Shown here piece after piece: positions 18,962 to 29,224 of a stretch of 64,000 nt of DNA. The position numbers were made by a program, and so were the translations under genes. The stretch lies in contig JBKAGP010000001.1 in assembly GCA_046290465.1 (NCBI GenBank), positions 5,056,001 to 5,120,000 of the forward strand, in the 5' to 3' direction. Below the pieces are notes generated by a model, which saw only the letters and a list, made by a program, of their open reading frames with translations, searched no databases and was not told where the DNA came from. This DNA is from Planctomycetota bacterium (GTDB lineage: Bacteria > Planctomycetota > UBA1135 > UBA2386). Each line of letters opens with the position of its first letter. The stretch's first letter is position 1.

Positions 18962-20770
18962 ATGAGCGAACGACGCGAGACGAACGACGAACTCCGGGAT
19001 CCGGAGGTGATGTTCCTGCCGCTGGCGGCCACGCCGAGCGAGTCCTGGGGCGAGCTCGATCCCGGCGTCGTGGCGCGGCGCATCCCGGACTTCGTGCACC
19101 AGGTGCTCAACCAGGGGCAGATCGGTCCGACCGCGATGCTCGAACTGCAGACCGCGGCGGACTCCGGTCCGGTGACGTGGGTGCAGCTCGACGCGCCGCC
19201 CGATCGCGACGAGGCGTTCGACCTGATGCCGCACCAGGTGATGGTGCACGCGGTCGTCAGCGGTGAGATCGAGCCGGTCGACGGCGGCCTGCGGCTCGAG
19301 TTCCACGTGTTCCGCGACGAGGACGACGAGGACTTCGTCACCGAGAAGATGGGCACCGTGCTGTCGCTGCAGGACCCGGTCACGGGTCTGATCAAGCTGG
19401 CGCGGCGCCTGGCGCGGCTGCTGGCGATCCCGTTCCACGAGCCCGCGACCGGTCTGTTGACCAAGAGCGGCGCTGCGTTCCACTGCTTCTTGCGCGGCCT
19501 CGACAACGCGATGCTGCTCAGCGGCGACCTCGAGATCGCCGTGCCCGACGACCGCGGCGAACTGATCCGGCCGTTCGCGGATGCGATCGAGCTGGATCCG
19601 TCGTTCGGTCTGGCGCTGCGCATCGCCAACGCGACCGCGGCGCTGGCGCTGCACGGTGCGCGCATCGACCGCGAGACCGTGCGCAGCTTCCTCGACCGCT
19701 GCTACTCGGCGCACCCGTTCGACGGCGAGGCGTGCGTGGCGATCGCCGAGCAGCTGAGCGAGATGGGCGACGAGGATCGCGCCTTCGCGTGGCTCGAATA
19801 CGCGACCGAGCTCGACCCGCCGCCGTCGCGCGGCCTCGAGAGCCTCGGCATCCTGAAGGCGCGCCGCGGCGACCCGGCCGCCGCGCGCGGGCTCTGGGAG
19901 AAGGGCCTGTCGGTCGACGGCCACCCCGACTTCTTCTCGCACCTGGCGCAGCTGAGCTTCGCCGAGGGGCGCCACCAGGACGGCTGGGACTTCGTCGTGC
20001 GCGGCCTGCGTCGCCTGCGCGAGCGCACCGTGCGCGCCGCCGAGTGGGGTGAGGCCGAGCGCGGCGCCGGCGTCCTGCTCGAGTGCCTGCAGTCGCACCT
20101 GACCGAGCGCACGCCGCCGCCGCGCCTCGCCGACACGCTGCTCGAGCTGCGCGGGCTGCTCAGCGGGGACGATCGGGTCGCCCTCGGCCTGTGCCTGTTC
20201 TCGGTCGGCAAGCGTCGCGAGGCGCGGGTCGAGCTGGTCGCCGGCATGCGCGCGATGCAGGACATGACGGCCCGCGACCGGGCGGTCCGCGCGATGCTGC
20301 AGATCGACGTCGCCGACTTCGAGGCGCGCTTCGCCAAGTCGACCGAGCGCAGCCTGCGCGGCCGCAACCCGAAGCAGGCGCTGGCCGAGTACCAGCTGTG
20401 GCTGCACCTGCAGCCGGAGTTCTGGCCGGCGCTCTACTACTCGGCGATCGTCAAGCGGCGCCTCGGCGCGTTCGACGAGGCACTCGACCTGCTGGCCGCC
20501 GCGCTCGAGATCTCGCCCAACCAGCCGGACGTGCTGTTCGAGATGGCCGAGCTGTTCGCGCGTCGCAAGAACAGCAAGCGCGCCCTCGAACTGGTCGACC
20601 GGGCGCTGCCACAACGCACCTCCGAGGCCCGCCTGCACGAGGCCAAGGCGCGCTACCTGCGCGACCTGTCCCGCTCCGACGACGCCCGCCGGGTGGTCGC
20701 CCGCGCGATCACCGCCGGCCTCGACAGCCCCGAACTCCGCCGCCTCGGCCGTTCGCTCCGCCGCGACTGA
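18962..20770 (+). CDS. Tetratricopeptide repeat protein
   Basis: Multiple TPR-like helix pairs (AIELDPSF, ALEISPNQPDVLFEMA). Confidence 0.8.
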   Translation: MSERRETNDELRDPEVMFLPLAATPSESWGELDPGVVARRIPDFVHQVLNQGQIGPTAMLELQTAADSGPVTWVQLDAPPDRDEAFDLMPHQVMVHAVVSGEIEPVDGGLRLEFHVFRDEDDEDFVTEKMGTVLSLQDPVTGLIKLARRLARLLAIPFHEPATGLLTKSGAAFHCFLRGLDNAMLLSGDLEIAVPDDRGELIRPFADAIELDPSFGLALRIANATAALALHGARIDRETVRSFLDRCYSAHPFDGEACVAIAEQLSEMGDEDRAFAWLEYATELDPPPSRGLESLGILKARRGDPAAARGLWEKGLSVDGHPDFFSHLAQLSFAEGRHQDGWDFVVRGLRRLRERTVRAAEWGEAERGAGVLLECLQSHLTERTPPPRLADTLLELRGLLSGDDRVALGLCLFSVGKRREARVELVAGMRAMQDMTARDRAVRAMLQIDVADFEARFAKSTERSLRGRNPKQALAEYQLWLHLQPEFWPALYYSAIVKRRLGAFDEALDLLAAALEISPNQPDVLFEMAELFARRKNSKRALELVDRALPQRTSEARLHEAKARYLRDLSRSDDARRVVARAITAGLDSPELRRLGRSLRRD

Positions 20771-20907
20771 CGCACGCGCCGCCAAGTGCCGCATACCGAA
20801 CCGGGTTCATCGCTGCGCCGTTTCACGGCGCATGCGGCACTTGGTGCTGACCGCGCCGCGGGGATGCGAACGTGTCGTCGTTCGCAGCTGCGGATAGCCT
20901 TCGCTGC

Positions 20908-22002
20908 ATGGCTGATGCTTCGCCGCAGCCCGCGGCGCCGTTCCGCTACGTGCACTCCCCGCGGTTCCCCGAACTGCTCGAACAGCTGCAGTGCTCGCTG
21001 CTGGTCACGACCTACCAGGCCGGTCGGCTGATGGTGGTGCGCAGCGCTGGGGGTCGCCTGTCGACGCTGCTGCGTGCGTTCGAACGGCCGATGGGTCTGG
21101 CGGTCGATGCGGCACAGCAGCGGCTCGCGCTCGGCACCCGCCGGATGCTGTGGATGCTGCGCTCGGAGCCCGACATCGCGCCGCAGCTGGAGCCCGCCGG
21201 TCGGCACGACGCCTGCTTCGTGCCGCGCCGTGCGTTGGTGACCGGCGACATGCAGGGCCACGAGGTCGCGTTCTGCGGCGACGAGGTCTGGATCGTCAAC
21301 ACGCGGTTCTCGTGTTTGGCGACGCTCGACGACGAGCGCTACACGTTCGTGCCGCGCTGGCGGCCTCCGTTCGTCGACGAGCTGGTCGCCGAGGACCGCT
21401 GCCATCTCAACGGCTTCGCGATCGAGAACGGCCGGGTGCGCTACGCGACCGCGATGGGGGAGACCAACACGGCCGGCGGGTGGCGCGACGGCAAGGTCGG
21501 CGGCGGCGTGGTCGTCGACGTTCAGTGCGACGAGGTGCTGGCGCGCGGCTTCGCGATGCCGCACTCGCCGCGCATCCACCGCGGCGAACTGTTCGTGCTC
21601 GACTCCGGCCGCGGCGCGCTGGTGCGCGTCGACCGCAGCACCGGCGAACGGCAGGTGGTGGCCGAACTGCCCGGCTACGTGCGCGGGCTCGCGTTCCACG
21701 GCGACTTCGCCTTCCTGGGCCTGTCGCTGGTGCGCGAGAAGGACGTCTTTGCCGGCATGCCGATCACCGAGCGTTTCGGGGCGGACCAGCGCAGCTGCGG
21801 CGTCAGCGTCGTCAACCTCAACAGCGGCAAGGTGGTCGCGTTCTTGCGCTTCGAGGCGGCGATCGCCGAGATCTTCGACGTGCAGGTGCTCGCCGGGATG
21901 CGTTGGCCCGGCGTGCTCGGGATCGAAGGCGACGGGCTCGACTCGGTGTTGACCGCGCCGCCCGATGCGTGGCGACGCGGCGCCGGACTGCCGGGCGTGT
22001 GA
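20908..22002 (+). CDS. TIGR03032/DUF4915 family protein
   Basis: SLLVTTYQAGRL, FERPMGL, VNTRFSCL, EDRCHLNG, MPHSPR, PGYVRGL. Confidence 0.88.
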   Translation: MADASPQPAAPFRYVHSPRFPELLEQLQCSLLVTTYQAGRLMVVRSAGGRLSTLLRAFERPMGLAVDAAQQRLALGTRRMLWMLRSEPDIAPQLEPAGRHDACFVPRRALVTGDMQGHEVAFCGDEVWIVNTRFSCLATLDDERYTFVPRWRPPFVDELVAEDRCHLNGFAIENGRVRYATAMGETNTAGGWRDGKVGGGVVVDVQCDEVLARGFAMPHSPRIHRGELFVLDSGRGALVRVDRSTGERQVVAELPGYVRGLAFHGDFAFLGLSLVREKDVFAGMPITERFGADQRSCGVSVVNLNSGKVVAFLRFEAAIAEIFDVQVLAGMRWPGVLGIEGDGLDSVLTAPPDAWRRGAGLPGV

Positions 22003-22020
22003 GCCGGCTCGGCGCGCGCG

Positions 22021-23130
22021 TCAGAAGTCGCCGATCGTGCCCTTGATGCCGTTCGACGCGGCCAGCTGCAGCGGGTTGGCGCCGGGCACGATCACGGCGC
22101 CCTGCGCGAACACCTCCTGGCCCAGGAACGCCGGGTTGGCCGGCCACGGCAGCGACCACGCCGGCGACGGCGCCGGCAGCGGCACGACGTTGGTCAGCAG
22201 CAGGTTCTGGTAGGCGGTGCAGCCGGGCGCCAGCGGGCCGAGCGGCAGGTTGGGGTTGACCGTGTCGAGCATGACCAGGCCGAGCACGGCGGTGGCGGGC
22301 ACGTTGACCAGTTCGAAGCTCCAGCTCGTGCCGATCACCGGCCGGCTCGACGCGGTCAGCGACAGGCCGCCGCAGCTGGTGCCGAACGGCTCGTTGATGG
22401 CCTGGATCGTGCCGCTCTGCGCGATCGTCGCCAGCAGCGAGTTGGCCATCAGCAGGTCGCCGTCGGTGTTGGCGTCCCAGCCGAACGGCGGCGTGCAGTC
22501 GGTCGACGGCGGGAAGAAGCCGAGGTCGACGCGGTTGGGCTGCGAGCCCTGCACGACCAGCGGGATGCCGTCCGACCAGTCAGCGATGCGCCGCGCGCCG
22601 GGAGCGATCGTCGCGTTGATGCCCGGTCGGAACGACTGCCCGCCGCCGTCGAACGACGTGACGTTGAGCATCGACAGGTGCGCCGGGTCGTAGACCGTGC
22701 CGAGCGTCTGTTGGGTGCCCTGCTGCTGCTGGCTGGACACCAGCGCGTAGTAGTTGCCGGTCGCCCAGCGGCCGCCGAGCGGCTGCCAGTTGCTGTAGGT
22801 CGCGAAGCCCGCGACCACCACGCCGTAGCCGAGGTCGACGTAGTCGGCGAGGTTGTCGCCGAGCGTGACCTCGTCCTGGAAGCCGGGGAAGTCCTGCATC
22901 ACCAGCACGGCGTTGTACTGCTGCAGCTGGGTCAGCGTCGGGGTCGTGACACCGACGTCGATCGCGGTGACGTTGGCGAACCAGCCGACGGCCTGGATCT
23001 TGGCGGCGGGGTCGGTGCCCCAGCACGGGTCGTTGGCCCCGCCGGTCGTGTACAGGACCGCGATGTCCTGCGCTTGGGTGGCGGCGGCGAACGTGGCGAC
23101 GACGAGCGTCTCGAGCAGATACAACTTCAT
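22021..23130 (-). CDS. Secreted protein with conserved C-terminal domain
   Basis: GGAGG RBS, signal peptide, TPTLTQLQQYNAVLV..LGDNLADYVD domain, C-terminus ending SNGIKGTIGDF. Confidence 0.82.
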   Translation of the reverse strand: MKLYLLETLVVATFAAATQAQDIAVLYTTGGANDPCWGTDPAAKIQAVGWFANVTAIDVGVTTPTLTQLQQYNAVLVMQDFPGFQDEVTLGDNLADYVDLGYGVVVAGFATYSNWQPLGGRWATGNYYALVSSQQQQGTQQTLGTVYDPAHLSMLNVTSFDGGGQSFRPGINATIAPGARRIADWSDGIPLVVQGSQPNRVDLGFFPPSTDCTPPFGWDANTDGDLLMANSLLATIAQSGTIQAINEPFGTSCGGLSLTASSRPVIGTSWSFELVNVPATAVLGLVMLDTVNPNLPLGPLAPGCTAYQNLLLTNVVPLPAPSPAWSLPWPANPAFLGQEVFAQGAVIVPGANPLQLAASNGIKGTIGDF

Positions 23131-23224
23131 GGTGGCTTCCTCCGTTGCCGGAGCATAGCCATCGCGCGCGTTCTCTGCCGGGCCGGTACGTCCCGTGAGC
23201 GTCCCGGCTCGTCGCCGGCCGCGC

Positions 23225-24406
23225 CTACTTGGGCGGCGCGGCGAGGTAGCGCAGGTCGATGCGGTCGACGGACTCGCTGCGCAGCAAGTGGTCCATCTTC
23301 TCGTCCTCGAGCCACTCGTAGACGAGGTCCATCGGCGTGCACAGGCCCATGTGCGGCACGACCACCGGCTGGCCCTTGCCGTGCGTGTAGATCTTGGAGA
23401 ACACGCCGATCAGCTGGCGGGTGTCGGCGCGGTAGATGCCGCCGCCCGAGTTGCCGAAGTAGGTCGGCGCGTTGACCATCCAGTAGTTGGCGCCGTTGAG
23501 CTCGTTGGTCAGCGAGCTGACCTCGCCCTTCGACGGCACCGGGTCGTTGCCGAGCGGGCAGCCGACGGCACACACCGGATCCCAGACGTTGACCTCGTCG
23601 GTCTCCTCGCGCGGCAGCACGTTGGCGACGTTGGGCAGCTTGCGATCGGTCACGAGCTTGACCAGCGCGGCGTCGATCTTGGGCTCGCTGGCGACCATGT
23701 GGCCCTTCACGATCAGGTTCTCGCCGGGCAGGTAGACGGTCACCTCGAAGCCCTCGCGGCGGGCGCGCGGCGTGTCGGCGAGGATGTTGCGCACGACGTG
23801 GTAGGACGTCAGCACGTAGGTCTCGGTCTTGTTGCCGTTCTTGCGGTTCGGGCCCGAGAACACGATCGTGCCGGAGCCGACGGTGTCGTCGCCGTTGAGC
23901 TGCACGGTCGGCAGCAGCATGCGGCGGGTCAGCTCCTCGCGGTCCTGGTAGATCGTGCTGGCGAGCGTCGCGATCTGGCCCTGCGTCTCGCTGAGCTTCA
24001 TCGCGGCGTTCTGTTCCTTGGCGCGGACCTCGCTGATGTAGGCGTCGACGAGCGCCTTGGTGCGCGCGAAGTCCGTCGACAGCTGGCTGCGGAACAGCTC
24101 GACGTCGCGCTGGGCACGCTCGAGCTCGTCGGCGATGACGCGCGCCTGGTCGGAGCCGGCGGCGGCGACGCGCAGCTTCTGCTCCAGCGAGGCCATGCGG
24201 TTCTCGGTCTGTTCGATCAGCTGCTTGCGAAGATCGTCGAGTTCCTCGCGGCTCGCGTCCTTGTTCGCGATCGCGTCCTCGAGCTTGTCTTCCAGTGCGC
24301 CGACGTCGGCCTGCTGCACTTCGATGCGCGCGATCTGGTGATGGAACGAGACCATCATGACCAGGACCGCGAGGCCGCAGAACACCTCGATGAGTGTGCG
24401 CTTCAT
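23225..24406 (-). CDS. Trypsin-like serine protease with N-terminal TM and coiled coil
   Basis: Catalytic triad LTSYHVV, IDAALV, FGNSGGG; heptad-rich N-terminal half. Confidence 0.88.
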   Translation of the reverse strand: MKRTLIEVFCGLAVLVMMVSFHHQIARIEVQQADVGALEDKLEDAIANKDASREELDDLRKQLIEQTENRMASLEQKLRVAAAGSDQARVIADELERAQRDVELFRSQLSTDFARTKALVDAYISEVRAKEQNAAMKLSETQGQIATLASTIYQDREELTRRMLLPTVQLNGDDTVGSGTIVFSGPNRKNGNKTETYVLTSYHVVRNILADTPRARREGFEVTVYLPGENLIVKGHMVASEPKIDAALVKLVTDRKLPNVANVLPREETDEVNVWDPVCAVGCPLGNDPVPSKGEVSSLTNELNGANYWMVNAPTYFGNSGGGIYRADTRQLIGVFSKIYTHGKGQPVVVPHMGLCTPMDLVYEWLEDEKMDHLLRSESVDRIDLRYLAAPPK

Positions 24407-24800
24407 CCCTGTTGCTTCCCCCTGTTGCTGGTGGGCAGAAATCGCTGCCCAACAAGGGGTTCGGAATGGCTTTCGAGGCGCCTGAAGGGAAAAGGAAGGG
24501 GCCTCCAGAGGGTGCGGATCGCACGCCCGTGGCACGGGCGGTTGCGGCTCTTGCCGCCGGACGAAAGCGTGTGGAATTGCCGTGCTTTTCGGCAGTGGGC
24601 CGGGAGGTGTCGGGAACTCCAGCAGTGTGCCGGCGCGCGGCCGGAGGCATGCTGCCGGCACCCGCGCGATGCGGTAGATGGAATCGTGACCGCGGAGCGA
24701 CGCGTGGCTATCGCACTTCGACCCGCTCCATGACAGCGGGCTCTCGATCTCGCTCCCTGCCAGCCTCGCCTTGCCCGCACGGGCCTCGCCCCATCGGGCG

Positions 24801-24857
24801 AACTCCAGCGGCCAACTCCAGCGGCCAACTCCAGCTGGCCAACTCCAGCGCGCCAAC
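24801..24857. repeat. About four tandem 13-14 bp repeats (AACTCCAGCGGCC)
   Basis: aactccagcggcc aactccagcggcc aactccagctggcc aactccagcgcgcc aac, directly upstream of the CHRD gene. Confidence 0.8.
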
Positions 24858-24869
24858 CTCTTCTCGACC

Positions 24870-25835
24870 ATGCGACGACTCCTTGTCTGCGTCCTGCTCG
24901 GCGCCTCGCTCCCCGCACAGACCTGGTTCTCCGCTCGCCTCGACGGCAACCAGGAGGTGCCACCGGTTGCGACCAATGCGTCCGGCTTCGGCCTGATCCG
25001 GTTCGATCCGGGAACCAGCCAGGTTCGCGTCTTCGTGCAACACGAATCCCTCTCCGCCGCCCCGACGGCAGCCCACCTGCACCTCGCACCGGTCGGGGCC
25101 AACGGCGGGGTCGTACTGAACCTGGCCGCCGCGGGGCCGAACGCCTTCACGGGCACGGGAACCCTCTCCCCGGCCGCCGCCGGTGCGTTGGTTGCGAACG
25201 GCACCTACCTCAACCTGCACACGCCAACCCACCCGGGTGGCGAGATCCGCGGCCAGGTGGTCGCGGGGCGCGCGACCCGGCTGCTGGCGCAACGCGACGG
25301 ATCCCAGGAAGTGCCGCCCGTCGCGACCGCCGCAACCGGCAGCGCGGTGGCGTTCCTCTACGAACCCGACGACCGCCTCGTCTTCATGGTCGACGCGACC
25401 GGGCTGTCGAACATCACCGCAGTGCACCTTCACCAAGGTCTGCCCGGCAGCAACGGGCCGGTGCTGTTCCCGTTGGCCGGTCAGGCTGGTCAGTACATCG
25501 GTGCCAGCCCACGGCTGACGCCGCTGGAGGCCGCGGCAGTTCGTGCGGGCGCGACCTACTTCAACGTGCACACGGCGGCGAATCCGGGCGGGGAGATCCG
25601 TGGCCAGCTGCAACCGGTCGTTCCGGGCGCCTATGGCGCCGACATCTCGCAGGCGCAGAGCGTGCCGCCCACCGGCTCGTCCGGGATCGGCGGAGCCAGC
25701 CTCGTGCGCCGGCCGGACGGGTCGGTTGCCGTCCGAGGTCGTTTCACGTGTCGCCCGCGGAGGTGGCTGGCTCGGACCGTGTGCGCCCGTGGCCGGGGCT
25801 CCGCAGGGCAGTCAGGAAAATATGCTGGGAGTTGA
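24870..25835 (+). pseudogene. Secreted multi-CHRD-domain protein, truncated in its third repeat at ~25748
   Basis: Two complete CHRD repeats (LDGNQEVPPV..AAHLH..YLNLHT..PGGEIRGQ). The third stops after VRGRFT and runs into unrelated sequence. Confidence 0.78.
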
Positions 25836-25902
25836 GCACTTGTGTTGCGATGCTGTGGTTAATCCCAGAGATCTTCCGGTTAGTAGAGGTGTAAAGGAAG
25901 CG

Positions 25903-26343
25903 ATGTCGAAGGTCGTCTTCGCGAGTGAGGGCTTGATCACCTCGATGTGCCGGCAGCGCACCGTTGAGTTGGATACTGCAATAAAATATGGGCGCCTGCA
26001 GCGGGCAGTGCGGCGGCCCGGTGGAAGTAAGGCGACAATTTCGCTGGACCCAGAAGAGTATGTAGGTTCCAAGTCCATAAACTACGTCATGGTGCATAGG
26101 AGCACTGTCTTGGCAGTGCGCTACGGGGAAGATGAGCTTATGAGGTCGATGGACGCAGTCCGACAGTTCGTCGAAGGCAAGGTTGTCGAATCAATTCTTA
26201 TGGTTGCGGAGGCAGGTGATCTCCTGTCGGAAGATGAGTTTGTTGATGTAGTTAAAGGATATGCGGGTATTCGGTGCGCCTACGGATATACCGATGAGGT
26301 TGGTTCTGGGCGCAGTGTTGCGAATCCTTACAAGCGGCGATGA
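25903..26343 (+). CDS. Hypothetical protein in AT-richer insert (possibly a 3' remnant of a longer gene)
   Basis: AAAGGA RBS before ATG; ATGA overlap with the next ORF; atypical codon usage. Confidence 0.5.
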   Translation: MSKVVFASEGLITSMCRQRTVELDTAIKYGRLQRAVRRPGGSKATISLDPEEYVGSKSINYVMVHRSTVLAVRYGEDELMRSMDAVRQFVEGKVVESILMVAEAGDLLSEDEFVDVVKGYAGIRCAYGYTDEVGSGRSVANPYKRR

Positions 26344-27384
26344 AGGCATTTCTTACAGTAGCCATCCTGTTGGGGTTGAGCATTGCTGCTTGGCTGGTCG
26401 GTCTTGATGATGTCGCCGACCCGCCTGGTAATGGTGCAGTTGATGCTGGCCGCGTGACACCGGGCGCGGCGGGTGTCAGTGATCGGGGGGGGGCATGCCG
26501 CTACCGTGAACGATGCGGTTCTCGTTGATCAGGTGGATCGCGTCGAGATTAGGGATCAGGCCAAGGAGCGTTCCCTCGATGAAGAGCTCAGGATCAGCGG
26601 CCGCGTTGTTGATCCTCTCGGGTCGGCCCTGGTCAAGATTAGGGTGTTGGCCAGCTGGCGAGAATCGCGCAAGAGCGAGTTTGGGCAAACAGACGACTAC
26701 GGACGTTTTTGCGTAGCTATTCCTCGTGGCGTGACGGAAGTGTGTGTGTATTCACGGCCAAGCCAAGGTCTCGCTGGATTTCAGGTGTTGTTAGACGTGG
26801 ATTCAGGTCAGGAATGCATCGATATGGGAGATTTGGTTGTCGTGCCCGCTGCAAGCATAGAGGTTATCGCGAGCGGTTTGCCGGGGCGCGAGCTAGTGAG
26901 GAATCTTCGCTTTCTAGATATGCTCGCAGATGACGCTGTGGTGCAGACTGCCGAGTGGCACAAAGAAAGTTGGAAGGCGCTAATTGCAGAAGGGAAATAC
27001 CAAATATCTCTTGCGGGCTTGCGGGGGAGGCTTTTCCCTAACGTGGTTACAGCCCGGCGCGGGCAGGGGTTGGTGTTTGCGTGCAGGTTTTTGGACGACA
27101 CAACGTCAAGCATCGTTCCCTTGATAGTAGATGCAAGTCGTATTGAAGGCGACGTCCGAGGTGCCTCGTTGATAGTGAAGGGCAACGATATGAGCGAGCA
27201 TCGATATAGGCTCACTACGGCTCTGCGGCGCGAAGGCAGGTCATGCGTCTTTGTCCGGTTGCCCAACGAGATTTATCCAAGCGACGTTGAGTGGAGGTTG
27301 CAAGGGCGGGGGCGCGAGATTGCACTTCGATGCACGGGCGAGACTGGCAGCGGTGACCTCACCTGGCTCTTGCAGCCGAAGTGA
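26340..27384 (+). pseudogene. Membrane-anchored carboxypeptidase-regulatory-like domain protein frameshifted at a G9 tract
   Basis: MKAFLTVAILLGL signal/TM in one frame, ISGRVVDPLG..QTDDYGRF in another. Removing one G at 26485-26493 joins them into 347 aa. Confidence 0.7.
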
Positions 27385-27980
27385 AGCTAGGGTTGAGACC
27401 TTAGGGGTCTGCGCGATGATCGTGGCGGGTCTCGCAACGGTGAGAGGGGCGAGCTCAGGATGCGCAAAATAATCCGCAGCGTCTCCGCGCGGACAGAATT
27501 GACACCGATCCGCCGTATTGACCGCAATAGCCCATTGTCGCAGAGGCGGATGGTGGCGGCGTCCTCGTCGTCTTGGAGGCCGCTGACGTGCGGCGCGCAG
27601 ATGGAACCGATGCGCGCAGCGGTGTCGAGGGTGGGTGCGATGATGGCCTTGTCGGGCGCGAAAAGGACGTCGAGCCCCTCCGCAGGCCCTGGCGAGTGGT
27701 TCTCCTTGAACGGCTGCGACAGGGGCGCCTCTGCCTTCAGCCTGTGATCTCGCGGCGGAAACCGCTGGCCTTCGAGGACGTCAACGACGCCGGATTGGAG
27801 TTCAGAGGGCTGCGTAGCGAATCTTGGTGATGGGTCGTAGGGGCAGGTCGCGGAGTCGGGCGCCCTGGCATGGTCAGATTGCTGTCGGTGACGTGGATGA
27901 GCGTGTTCGCCTTGTCGTTGCACCGGACAGGGATCTGTAGCGAACTCCGTTGGCCGCAGAGAGCTTCGGTCTCCACCCTA

Positions 27981-28283
27981 TCAGAGCAGCAACCCGATCG
28001 TCGCCGTGACGCCGTTGGCGAGCAGTGACGCCGCGGCTGCACGCGGCCATGCCATGCGCGTCGACGCGCGGTAGACCAGCGTCTCGGCGATCGCGACCAG
28101 CGCTTCGACCAGCAGCCACGGCGCGCCGGCCGACAGCACGGCCCACCACGCGCACGGATGCGTGAGCAGGTTGGCGGCGAACGCATCGCCGCAGGCGCGG
28201 CGACGTCGCCCGCGGGCCGCGACCAGCACCACGATCGGCAACTCGATCGCGACGGTCAGCGCGAACGCGGTCGCCCAGTTCAC
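27981..28283 (-). CDS. Small integral membrane protein
   Basis: ALTVAIELPIV, ANLLTHP, LVEALVAIAE; GTGA overlap with the upstream gene. Confidence 0.75.
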   Translation of the reverse strand: MNWATAFALTVAIELPIVVLVAARGRRRRACGDAFAANLLTHPCAWWAVLSAGAPWLLVEALVAIAETLVYRASTRMAWPRAAAASLLANGVTATIGLLL

Positions 28284-29224
28284 GCCGGCCGCACCTCGCG
28301 CACGGCGGCGGGGCCGAGCGCGCACGCGACGAGCAGCATCGGGATCTCGATCCACGCGTGCACGGCCGCGAAGATCGCATAGCCCGAGCGGGCCGACGCG
28401 AAGTCGAACGCGAACGACGCAGCGGCGATCGCGGTGACCAGTGCCACCGCGACCGCGAACGTGCGCGGGCGCGGCCACGGTGCGAGCGCCTGGGTTCGCT
28501 GGTCGCCGCCGCCGAGCCGCGGCAGCACCCCGAGCACGACTGCGTAGTGCATCACCTGCAGGTAGGCGGCCGCCGCGAACAGCCGTTCGCCGAAGGTCGT
28601 GCCGATCCACGGGGACGGTACGAACGCGTGCAGGTGGTGCGACAGTTCGCCGGTGGCGAACGGGCCGTCGACGACCGTCGGCAGGTAGGGGGTCGACACC
28701 AGCACCGTCGGCACGACGAAGAACACGACCGCCGCGGCGAGCAGCGCGCGCCGGCGTGCTCGGCCCTGCAGGCGCTCGGCGAGGAAGCCGACCGGCGTCA
28801 GGTTGTGCAGCAGCGCCAGCGCCACCAGGGTCGGCAGCGGCGCGTAGACGACGCCGGCCAGCAACGAGCCGGCGACGGCGAACGCCAGCAGCGAGCCGAT
28901 CGGGTTGGCGCGCGCGAGCAGCAAGGGCGCGGCGATCGCGACCAGGCCGACGCCGAGTGCGAGTTCGGCGCGCACCAGGGAACCGCCGGCGCCGGCGAAC
29001 GCCAGCGTGCGCAGCGCGGCGACGCCGAGCAGCACCGCGCCCAGCCACAGCAGCGTGCCGCGTGGCAGGCGGCCGGAGAACCGTTGGTCGACGTAGCGGA
29101 GTTCGACGAGCACGTGGGGCAGGCCGAACAGCGCGAGGGTGGTGGCGTAGACCCACAGCGGCGCCTGGGCGGACGCGAGCGCGACCAGCGCGACCGCGAC
29201 GGAGATGGCGCCGACGCGCAGCAT
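28280..29224 (-). CDS. Polytopic membrane protein with conserved His motifs
   Basis: FGLPHVLVELRY, LHNLTPVGF, LQVMHY, VHAWIE; about 8 TM segments. Confidence 0.75.
   Translation of the reverse strand: MLRVGAISVAVALVALASAQAPLWVYATTLALFGLPHVLVELRYVDQRFSGRLPRGTLLWLGAVLLGVAALRTLAFAGAGGSLVRAELALGVGLVAIAAPLLLARANPIGSLLAFAVAGSLLAGVVYAPLPTLVALALLHNLTPVGFLAERLQGRARRRALLAAAVVFFVVPTVLVSTPYLPTVVDGPFATGELSHHLHAFVPSPWIGTTFGERLFAAAAYLQVMHYAVVLGVLPRLGGGDQRTQALAPWPRPRTFAVAVALVTAIAAASFAFDFASARSGYAIFAAVHAWIEIPMLLVACALGPAAVREVRPA

Noticed and set aside
27387..27923. 178-aa minus-strand ORF as a transposase
   Set aside because: No DDE, HUH or recombinase motif is recognisable; more likely degenerate sequence.
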